A stretch of DNA of 64,000 bases from Hyphomicrobiales bacterium. Lineage in GTDB: Bacteria > Eisenbacteria > RBG-16-71-46 > SZUA-252. The notes beneath the pieces are model-generated. The model made no database searches. It saw only the letters and a list, made by a program, of their open reading frames with translations, and was not told the origin of the DNA. Shown piece after piece: positions 9,023-17,600 of the stretch. The stretch covers positions 1,149-65,148 of the forward strand of contig JBLMXB010000028.1 in NCBI GenBank assembly GCA_050257555.1. The letters are read 5' to 3'. The position numbers and the translations under genes were made by a program. Every line of letters starts with the position of its first letter. Within the stretch, counting starts at the first letter, position 1.

Positions 9023-9097
9023 GGCGCTATCGTCTAGGGGTTAGGACGGGTGGTTCTCAGCCATCAAACCGGGGTTCGAATCCCCGTAGCGCTACCA
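9023..9097 (+). tRNA. tRNA-Glu (anticodon CUC), CCA encoded
   Basis: Hand-folded cloverleaf. Acceptor GGCGCTA/TAGCGCT (with a G1-U72 wobble), D arm GTCT-AGGGGTTA-GGAC, anticodon stem GGTGG/CCATC with loop TTCTCAG (CTC at positions 34-36), T arm CGGGG-TTCGAAT-CCCCG, discriminator A, then CCA. Confidence 0.85.
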
Positions 9098-11878
9098 ACC
9101 GACAGCGGGCGACCGGCGCGGGCCCGCCGGGGCCCGCGGCGTTCCCTGCTCGGACTCTCCCTCGCGCTCCTCCTCGCCGCCGCGCCCCCGTCGAGCGCCC
9201 AGCCGCGCGAGTCCGCGCGCCCCGGCGCCGCCGGGCTCCCGGCCAACGTCGAGCGCGTCGACTCGCTCGGCGGGATCACGCAGTACCGGCTCCGATCGAA
9301 CGGGATGATCCTCTACGCCATTCCGAACCACGCCGCCCCGGTCATCACGTTCGAGGTCGTCTATCACGTCGGCTCGAGGAACGAGTGCCCCGGGAACACC
9401 GGCTCGGCCCACCTCCTCGAGCACATGCTCTTCAACAAGAGCACGAAGAACTTCGGGAAGGCGAACGGGAAGCCGACGTTCCAGGAGGTGCTCTACCAGG
9501 CCGGCGCCGACTTCGGCTCCTCGAACATGACGACGTGGAACGACCGGATGACCGGCTACTCGACCCTCCCCGCCGATCAGCTCGACCTGGCGATGCGGAT
9601 CGAGGCGGACCGGCTCGGCCGCGCGCTGATCCTCGACTCGGAGCGCCAGCCCGAGATGTCGGTGGTCCGGAACGAGTACGAGATCGGGGAGAACAACCCG
9701 TACAACGTGCTCGACAAGGAAGTGATCGCCGAGACGATCCAGGCGCATCCCTACCACTGGGACACGATCGGGTACCGCTCGGACATCGAGGGGGTCTCGA
9801 CCGAGACGCTCCGGAAGCACTATCACGAGTTCTTCCACCCCGACAACGCCGAGGCCATCCTGGTCGGCGACTTCGACGTCGCGAACGCGCTCCGGATCTT
9901 CGACCGGCAGTTTGGCGCGTTTCCGCGGGCGATGGAGCCGATTCCGAAGGTGATCACGGTCGAGCCGCCGCAGCAGGGCGAGCGGCGCACGATCGTGAGG
10001 CGGCCGGGAACCGTCGGCATCGTGGAGCTCGCGTACCTGAGGCCGGGCGCCCTCGATCCCGACTACGTGCCGCTCGACGTGCTCACGACGATCCTGACGT
10101 CGGGCGTGAACTCGCGCCTCCGTCAGGCCCTTGTCGAGACGGGGCTCGCGACCGACGTCTCCGCCTGGAACTTCCAGTTCCGCGATCCCTACCCGATCGT
10201 CACGCAGGCGACCGTCGCCCCCGGGAAGACGCACGAGCAGGTCGAGGCGGCGCTCAAGGCGGCGCTCGCCAAGATCGGCGAGGACGGCGTCACGAAGGCC
10301 GAGCTCGAGCGGGCGAAGAATCAGCTCGAGGTTTCCGTCATCCGGGGTCGCGACGGCACGTACGAGCTCGCCTCCTCGCTCGGCGAGGCGGTGGCGTCGG
10401 CGAACTGGAAGTGGTTCGTCGGCTACGTCGATTCGGTCCGGCAGGTCACGGCCGACGACGTGAAGCGGGTCGCCGCGAAGTACCTCGTCCCCGATCACGC
10501 GAACGTCGGATGGTTCGAGCCGCTCTCGGAGAAGCCGGCCGCGTCGAAGGGCCCGGCGCCGAAGAAGAAGGCGCACGGCGCGGGCGGCGCGTCCGACGAG
10601 CCGGCGACCGGCTTCGCGTCGCGCACCCTGCATCGCGTGCTGCCGAACGGGCTGATCCTCGACGTGCTGCCGAACCACGCCGTGCCGACCGTCGCGATCG
10701 ACGGGCTCGTCTTCGCGGGCGAGATGGACGGGGACCCCGCCAAACCGGCCGTGCCGGACCTGACGGCCGAGATGATGAATCGGGGCACGAAGACGCGCGA
10801 CAAGCGCGCGATCGCGGCGGCCCTCGACGGGGTCGGCGCGCAGCTCTCGATCTCGGCCGGGCTGAACGACGCGACGGTCACCGGATCGGGCCTCTCCCGC
10901 GACCTCCGGCTCCTCCTCACGATCCTGGCCGACGAGCTCCGGAACCCCTCGTTCCCCGACTCCGAGATCACGAAGGCGAAGGCGGAGATGAAGGCCGACC
11001 TCCTGCGGGCCGACGACAACACCCGGATCCGCGCCTGGAACCGGATCCGCCGCCTCGTCTATCCGGAGGGGCACCCCTACTACGCGCCGACGACGCAGAC
11101 GATGCTCGCGAGCCTGAGCGCGACGAAGGCCGCGGACCTCCGCGCCTTCCACGACGCGCGCTGGGTCGGCTCGGGCACGATCCTCGCCATCGTGGGCGAC
11201 GTCGATCCCGAGAGGACGGCCGCGCTCGTCGATTCCCTCTTCGGGGGGATGCCGCGGGGCGAGCGCCCCGCGCTCCACGTCCCGGTCACGAAGCCGGACG
11301 CGCCGGAGCGCGTCGTCGAGACGCTCCCCGGCAAGGCGAACATCGACTTCGTGTACGGGAAGGCGAGCGGGCTCAAGCGGACCGACCCCGACTACGAGGC
11401 GTCGATCATCGCGAACGCCGCGCTCGGGCAGAGCGCGCTCACGTCCCGCATCGGGAAGCGCGTCCGCGACACCGAGGGGCTCTCCTACTCGCTCTACTCC
11501 CGCTTCTTCTGGAGCGACCTGGTGGACGGCGTCTGGTTCGTCGACGTCGCGGTCGCGCCGCAGAACCTCGCGAAGGCGCTCCGCTCCACGAAGGACGAGA
11601 TCGAGACGTACTACAAGGGAGGGATCACCGACGAGGAGGTCCGCGTCCAGAAGGAGTTCTTCGCGGGGAACTACGTGGTCCGCCTGGCGACGAACGCGGG
11701 GATCGCGAGCGCCCTCACGTCCGCCGAGAAGTTCGGCTTCGGGCCCTCCTACCTCGACGACTTCCCCCGGAGGATCCGCGCCGTCACGAAGGACCAGGTC
11801 GACCGTGCCATCCAGGAACGGCTCGACCCCGCGGCGATGCACCTCGTCGTCGCCGGCGACGTCACCTCGATCCCCTAG
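9050..11878 (+). CDS. M16 (pitrilysin) family zinc peptidase, fused active plus inactive halves, secreted
   Basis: HxxEH zinc motif in GSAHLLEHMLFNKST. A second M16-like half starts around LPNGLILDVLPNHAVPTVAID. Signal peptide RRSLLGLSLALLLAAAPPSSAQP. The 5' end is uncertain: the only canonical in-frame start (GTG 9050) lies inside tRNA-Glu (see findings). The stop is secure. Confidence 0.8.
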   Translation: MVLSHQTGVRIPVALPTDSGRPARARRGPRRSLLGLSLALLLAAAPPSSAQPRESARPGAAGLPANVERVDSLGGITQYRLRSNGMILYAIPNHAAPVITFEVVYHVGSRNECPGNTGSAHLLEHMLFNKSTKNFGKANGKPTFQEVLYQAGADFGSSNMTTWNDRMTGYSTLPADQLDLAMRIEADRLGRALILDSERQPEMSVVRNEYEIGENNPYNVLDKEVIAETIQAHPYHWDTIGYRSDIEGVSTETLRKHYHEFFHPDNAEAILVGDFDVANALRIFDRQFGAFPRAMEPIPKVITVEPPQQGERRTIVRRPGTVGIVELAYLRPGALDPDYVPLDVLTTILTSGVNSRLRQALVETGLATDVSAWNFQFRDPYPIVTQATVAPGKTHEQVEAALKAALAKIGEDGVTKAELERAKNQLEVSVIRGRDGTYELASSLGEAVASANWKWFVGYVDSVRQVTADDVKRVAAKYLVPDHANVGWFEPLSEKPAASKGPAPKKKAHGAGGASDEPATGFASRTLHRVLPNGLILDVLPNHAVPTVAIDGLVFAGEMDGDPAKPAVPDLTAEMMNRGTKTRDKRAIAAALDGVGAQLSISAGLNDATVTGSGLSRDLRLLLTILADELRNPSFPDSEITKAKAEMKADLLRADDNTRIRAWNRIRRLVYPEGHPYYAPTTQTMLASLSATKAADLRAFHDARWVGSGTILAIVGDVDPERTAALVDSLFGGMPRGERPALHVPVTKPDAPERVVETLPGKANIDFVYGKASGLKRTDPDYEASIIANAALGQSALTSRIGKRVRDTEGLSYSLYSRFFWSDLVDGVWFVDVAVAPQNLAKALRSTKDEIETYYKGGITDEEVRVQKEFFAGNYVVRLATNAGIASALTSAEKFGFGPSYLDDFPRRIRAVTKDQVDRAIQERLDPAAMHLVVAGDVTSIP

Positions 11879-13068
11879 CCCGCGGCGCGGAGCAGCGCCC
11901 GCTCCACCCCCCTCGTCGCCTCGCCCCGCGCCTCGAACGCGCCCCACGCCTCCTCGAGCGTCGCCCGCATCGCCTCCGCGTACCGCGTCCTCGAGAATCC
12001 CTCGGCGTGGCGCCGGAGCGTGGAAGGCTCGAACGTCCGCCGCGACGCCGCCTCGATCGCCCGGACGAGGCCGTCGTCGCTCGGGTCGTCGTAGAGGACG
12101 CCGGTCGCGGGGGTCACGACCTCGGAGGCCCCGCCCTTCGCGAGCGCGATCGCCGGCCGACCGCACGCCATCGCCTCGAGGGGCGCGATGCCGAAATCCT
12201 CCTCGTGCGCCTGGACGAGCGCCCGGCACCCCCGGTACGCGTCGCGGAGCGCCGCGTCGTCGAGCCAGCCGTCGAACCGCACGGTCGGCCCCGCGATCCG
12301 CTCGAGGCGCGGGCGGTCGGGTCCCGTGCCGACGATCCGGAGCGGGAGCCCGCGCGCGTTCGCCACGCGGATCGTCCGCTCCACGCCCTTGTAGGGGACG
12401 AGCGCCGACACGATGAGGTACGGAGCGTCGCCCGACGGCGCGGGTGTGGTCCCGGGCGCCGCCTCGCGGGGCGTGAAGAACGCGACGTCCACGGGCGGAT
12501 GGACCACGCGGGACGGGCGCCCGTAGTGCCGCGCGATCCGGCCGCCGACGTGGGCCGAGTCGGCGACGAAGAGATCGACGCGGTCGCTGCTCGCGCGGTC
12601 CCACGCGCGGAACCGCGACGCCACCGCGGGCGCGAAGAGCCGGGTCAGGAGCCCGGCGCGGCCCGGCGCGAAGTACTCGTCGTAGAGGTCCCAGAAGTAG
12701 CGGACCGGCGTGAAGCAGTAGCAGACGTGGAGCTGGCCTGGCCCCGTCCGCGCTCCCTTCGCCGCGCAATGGCTGAGCGAGACGACGAGATCGTACGCGC
12801 GGAGGTCGAACGACTCGATCGCCGCGGGATAGAGCGGGACGAACGAGCGGTACCGGCTCCGCCCGAACGGGAGCCGCGCGATCCACGACTCGACGACGCG
12901 GCGCTCCTCGATGACCCGCGAGACGGAGCCGCGCCGGTGGACGAGCGTGTAGAGGTCGGCCGACGGAAAGAGCTCGCAGAGGACCTCGAGGCATTTCTCG
13001 CCGCCGCGCATCCCGGTCAGCCAGTCGTGGACCAGCCCGACGCGGAGCGACGCCAGGGGGCGCGCCAT
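11875..13068 (-). CDS. GT4-family glycosyltransferase
   Basis: Start re-set to ATG 13068 (MARPLASLRVGLVHDWLTGMRGGEKCLEVLCELFPSADLYTLVH). The track ORF 11875..14151 extends falsely into gltX. C-terminal EX7E-type motif: EEDFGIAPLEAMACGRPAIALAKGGASEVV. It lies 8 nt downstream of gltX. Confidence 0.8.
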   Translation of the reverse strand: MARPLASLRVGLVHDWLTGMRGGEKCLEVLCELFPSADLYTLVHRRGSVSRVIEERRVVESWIARLPFGRSRYRSFVPLYPAAIESFDLRAYDLVVSLSHCAAKGARTGPGQLHVCYCFTPVRYFWDLYDEYFAPGRAGLLTRLFAPAVASRFRAWDRASSDRVDLFVADSAHVGGRIARHYGRPSRVVHPPVDVAFFTPREAAPGTTPAPSGDAPYLIVSALVPYKGVERTIRVANARGLPLRIVGTGPDRPRLERIAGPTVRFDGWLDDAALRDAYRGCRALVQAHEEDFGIAPLEAMACGRPAIALAKGGASEVVTPATGVLYDDPSDDGLVRAIEAASRRTFEPSTLRRHAEGFSRTRYAEAMRATLEEAWGAFEARGEATRGVERALLRAAG

Positions 13069-13076
13069 CCGGCCGC

Positions 13077-14552
13077 CTACGTCGCGGGGGCGGCGGCGCG
13101 GAGCCGCGCGGCGGCGTCGCGGAGACGGCCGACGGTCTTCTCGCGGCCGAGGAGGAGGATCACGTCGAAGATGCCGGGGCTCACCTTCTTCCCGGTGAGC
13201 GCGATCCGTGCCGGCATGATCACCTCGCCCGCCTTCACCCCCTCGTCGGCGGCCAGGCCGCGGGCCGCCTTCTCGATCGGGTCGTGCTCGAACGGCGCGA
13301 CCGCCTCGAGGCGGTCGGCCAGCTTCACGAGCCGATCCGCCGCGAGCGGCTTCGCCAGGAGCTCGGCCCACGGCGCGGGCTCCGGCGCGACCCGGTCGAC
13401 GAAGAGCCACGCCCCGTAGTCGAGGAAGTGCTCGGGGCGCTTCATCCGGTCGCCGATCGCCTCGATGGCGCGCGCCAGGAGCGCGCGGTCCGCCCGCACC
13501 GCCTCCGGCAGCGCGCCCGTCCTCTCGAGGTGCGCGACCGTGAGCGCGACGCGCCGCTCGATCGGGAGCGCGCGGAAGTACTCTCCGTTCATCCACTCGA
13601 GCTTCTCGGTGTTGAAGATCGCGGGGTTCTTCGAGATCCGGTCGAGGGAGAAGACCCGGCCCAGCTCCTCGAGCGTGAAGATCTCCCGCTCCCCGTCGTA
13701 CGCCCAGCCGAGGAGCGCCAGGAAATTCACCATCGCCTCGGGCAGGATCCCCGACTCGCGGTACTCGGTGACCGACGTCGCGCCGTGGCGCTTCGAGAGG
13801 CGGGTGCCGTCGGGCCCGAGGATCATCGGCACGTGGCCGAAGACGGGCGGGTTCAGGCCGAGCGCGTCGTAGAGGCGGAGCTGGCGCGGCGTGTTCGAGA
13901 TGTGGTCGTCGCCCCGGAGGACGTGGCTGATCTCCATCGCGGTGTCGTCGATCACGGCCGCGAAGTTGTACGTCGGGTGGCGGTCGCTCCGGAAGATCAC
14001 GAGATCGTCGAGGGCGTCGTTCCGGAACGTGACGGTGCCGCGGACCGCGTCCTCCCACGACGTCTCGCCCTCGGGCATGAAGAAGCGGAGCGCGAACGGC
14101 TCCCCCGCCGCGGCGCGCGCGTCCGACGTCTCCCGCGGGAGGCGCCAGCACGTGCGGTCGTACTTGGGCGGCTCCCCCTTCGCGAGCGCCGCCTCCCGCC
14201 GCCGCTTCAGCTCCTCGGGATCGCAGAAGCAGCGGTACGCCTTCCCCTCGGCCAGGAGCCGCTCCGCCGCGGCCGCGTAGCCCGCGAGCCGCTCGCTCTG
14301 GAAGTAGGGTCCGTGCGCGCCGCCGGCCTCGGGGCCCTCGTCCCAGGAGAGGCCGAGCCAGCGCATTCCCTCGAGGATCGCGCGCACCGCCTCGGGCGTG
14401 GAGCGCTCCCGATCGGTGTCCTCGATCCGGAGCACGAAGACGCCGCCCGTGCGGCGCGCGTAGAGGTAGTTGAAGAGCGCCGTGCGCGCCCCGCCGACGT
14501 GGAGGTACCCCGTCGGGCTCGGCGCGAAGCGCACGCGGACCGGTCTCGTCAT
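13077..14552 (-). CDS. gltX: Glutamyl-tRNA synthetase
   Basis: Start re-set to ATG 14552, preceded by AAGGAGAA. Sequence MTRPVRVRFAPSPTGYLHVGGARTALFNYLYARR carries the HIGH-type motif. Also VLRIEDTDRERS and the KMSKS-type LSKRHG. 491 aa. Confidence 0.92.
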   Translation of the reverse strand: MTRPVRVRFAPSPTGYLHVGGARTALFNYLYARRTGGVFVLRIEDTDRERSTPEAVRAILEGMRWLGLSWDEGPEAGGAHGPYFQSERLAGYAAAAERLLAEGKAYRCFCDPEELKRRREAALAKGEPPKYDRTCWRLPRETSDARAAAGEPFALRFFMPEGETSWEDAVRGTVTFRNDALDDLVIFRSDRHPTYNFAAVIDDTAMEISHVLRGDDHISNTPRQLRLYDALGLNPPVFGHVPMILGPDGTRLSKRHGATSVTEYRESGILPEAMVNFLALLGWAYDGEREIFTLEELGRVFSLDRISKNPAIFNTEKLEWMNGEYFRALPIERRVALTVAHLERTGALPEAVRADRALLARAIEAIGDRMKRPEHFLDYGAWLFVDRVAPEPAPWAELLAKPLAADRLVKLADRLEAVAPFEHDPIEKAARGLAADEGVKAGEVIMPARIALTGKKVSPGIFDVILLLGREKTVGRLRDAAARLRAAAPAT

Positions 14553-14625
14553 CGGTTCTCCTTGGATGGGATCCGTCGTCGCGGGACGGCGCGCGCCGCG
14601 GCGCGCGGGCCGGCCGCCGGCGGGT

Positions 14626-17600
14626 TCAGCGGAGGAGCGCCATCTTCCGCGTGAACGTCGCCCGGCCGATCTCGGCGCGGTAGACGTAGACGCCCGAGGC
14701 CACGTTCTCGCCCCGATCCCCGCGTCCGTCCCAGAGCGCCTCATGATAGCCGGGATCGACCCGGCGCGAAACCAGCGTCCGCACGAGGCGTCCGTCCACC
14801 GTGTAGACGCGGAGGCGGACCGTCGCGGCGTCGGGTCCCGGCACCGTGTATCCGATCGCGGTCACCGGATTGAACGGGTTCGGCCGGTTCTGCGCGAGGG
14901 ACGCGCGCGCCGGCGGCGCCGCCGGTGTCGGCGGCGATCCGGGCGGAAGGTCGGCGGACGTGAGGACCGGGAACGTGGCGACGCCCGTGTGCCAGTTGTC
15001 GTGGCGGAACATCGGCCACGCCATCGACGCCGCCTGGAACGAGCCCGGGTAGCGCCACGCGTGCACCGCGCCGTCCCAGCCCGACACCGCGATGTCCACC
15101 GCGCCGTCGCCGTCCAGGTCCCAGATCGCGGGCGTGCTCCGCACCTCGCCGTCGATCTCGATCGGGAAGCCGCTCACCGGCGTCCCGTCGGCGTGGAACG
15201 CGTAGAGGCGGCGGTCCTCCGCGCCGATCAGGACCTCGAGCGAGCCGTCGCCGTCCAGGTCGGCCACCGCGGGGCTCGCCTCGGTCGGCCCCCCGAGCAC
15301 GACGTTGCTCCAGCCCGGGAGGATCGCGCCGGTCGGGTCGTAGGCGACCAGGTGCCCGTCGGCACTGCATAGGATCACGTCGAGGCTCGGGTCGCCGAAC
15401 TGCTTCCGGAGCGGGGCCAGGGCCGGCGAGTTGACGCGTCCGTTCCCCGGCGTCAGCTCGAGCGGCCGCGGCCACCCTGGCGCGCGCTGCCCCGTCGCGG
15501 TCACGACGTAGACGCTGTCGTTCGCGCAGCCGGTCGCGACCTCGAGGCCGCCGCCCGGGACGATGTCGCCGATCGCGGGCGACGCGCTCACCGTGCCGTT
15601 CAGCTGGAGCGGCCAGGAGCCCGTCGGCGACGAGCCGTCCGAATGGATCGCGTAGAGGAGACCCGACGACGTGCCGAAGACGATCTCGCGGGTCCCGTCG
15701 CCGTCCAGGTCGGCGATGGCGGGCGAGGAGATCACGTTGCCGAACGTGCCGGCGAAGAGGACGCCGTCCGTGGCGGGGTTGCCATCCCCGTCCCGGATCT
15801 CGCTGCCGTCGGCGTGCCAGCCGTACAGGACGCCGGGCGCGTTCGAGCCCACGACGATGTCGGGATGCCCGTCGCCGTCCACGTCGCCGATCGCGGGCGC
15901 CGACCAGAACGGCGCCGCCCCCTTCCGCGGCCACCCCGCCGCGAGCGCGCCGTTCGCGTGGAAGACCGCGACGAGCGAGTCGTCCCAGGAGGCCGCGATG
16001 ATCTCGGGGACGCCGTCCCCGTCGAGGTCCGCCGCCGCGGGGGTCGACGGGATGTGGTGGAGGAGCGTCGAGAAGACGCCGACCGAGACCGGATTCGCGT
16101 CGCCGTCGATCCAGTCCGTCCCGTCGGAGCGGAACGCGTAGAGGTAGTCGGCGCCGACGAGGAGCTCGGGCTTCCCGTCGCCGTCCAGGTCGGCAAGACA
16201 GACCGAGGACGACGTCGCCACGCCGGTCGAGGCCGGGAACCCGGAGAGGGCCGGCGGCGTCGTGCTCGCGAGGAAGAAGGGCGACCGCGCGCTCCGGTTC
16301 CCGCTCGAGTCGACGGCCTGGACCGCGTAGTGGTAGCGCGCGAGCGGGAGGAGGCCCGCGTCCTCGAACGTCGGCGTCCGTCCGGTCGGAAGGACCGTCG
16401 CCTCCGCGATCGCGGCGGTCGTGTCCTCGCCGGCACGGAGGACGACGTAGCCCGCGAGGTCGGGCGCGCCGACGCCGTCCCAGGCGATCGCGATCCGGTC
16501 GATCGAGGAGCCGGTGACGCGGAGCCCGGCGGGCGCCGCGGGGACGCCCAGATCGACCGGGATGGTCCACGCGTGGCCGCGCGCGTCCGCCACGTCGAGA
16601 TCGAAGAGCCTTCCCGGCGGCACCGACGTGCAGTGGAAGAGGAGCGACGACGACGCGTGCTTCGCGCCCGGCGCCGTCGCCGACGCCGTGCCGACCCCGT
16701 CGAGGACCGTGATGCCGGGCGCCGGATTCACGGCGGCGAGCGTCAGCGCCGTCGAGGCGCCGCCCCCTTCGTTCCCCAGGATCCAGGAGAGCGCGAAGTC
16801 GTCGCCGGCGCCGAGGACGCCGTCGTTCCCGTCCACGTACGTCGCCTGGACCGCGAGGATCGACGGCGCGGTCACCGCCACGGCGACGACGCTCGTGTCG
16901 GCGCGCACGCCGTCGGCGAGGACGAGGCGGAGCCGCTCGATCCGCGCGACGTTCGGCGCGGCGAGCGCGTGCGCGCGAAGCGAATCGGGGAGCGGGGCCG
17001 ACGCGCCGGCCGCGAGCGCCGGGAGGAGCGCGGTCGGCTGATCGACGACGACGCCCGGCGTGAGCGCGGAGAGCGTCGCGGTCACCGGGCCCGCGCTCGC
17101 CGAGCCGCCCTGGTTCTTCACGCTCCCCGCGAGCGCGAACGACTCCCCCGTCCCGATCAGGCCGTCGCCGTCCCCGGCCACCGCGTCGCTCGCCGCGACC
17201 GACTGCGGATCGAAGTGGGCGGGCGCGGTCGCCGCCACCGCGAGCGAGTCGAGCCACGGGATCGCGTCGCGCCTCGTCACGGCGAGCGAGAAGCCGCCGG
17301 CCGAGCCCGGATGGAACGGAACGACCGCCTGCCCCGACGCGTCGGTGAGCACCGCCTGGTAGTCCTCGCCGTCCTTCCACGCCGTAACGAGCGCCGACTC
17401 GGCCGGCGCGCCGCCGGCGGTCACGGTGACCGCGAATCCCCCCGCGTCGAGCGGCACGGTTGCCGGGTGCGCCACCACCAGGGTGTCGGGCACGCAGCGG
17501 TACATGGGAAGGCTCGGCACGCCGAGGAGCACCGTCTCGAAGTAGCCCCAGCGCTCCTGCGTCTCCGAGCGCGCCGCCGGGAGGAGCGCGGCGCGCGCGT

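Noticed and set aside
8871-9100. tRNA pair as a possible integration site for a genomic island or mobile element
   Set aside because: There is no integrase, transposase, phage gene or direct repeat of a tRNA 3' end nearby. The flanking genes are ordinary GC-rich chromosomal genes with the same compositional character.
11875-14151. Long composite ORFs suggesting much larger proteins (11875..14151, 18904..22533, 18784..22548, 25329..28100, 30788..33127, 35153..37921, 38165..40072, 40698..42635, 55766..57481, 56848..58011, 58051..60306, 59508..62168, 61215..62207)
   Set aside because: In each case the N-terminal part is Arg/Pro-rich nonsense lying out of frame over a well-supported neighbouring gene. 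An internal start with an RBS-like GGAGG box, a signal peptide or stop/start coupling gives a protein of canonical family length. Starts were re-set accordingly.
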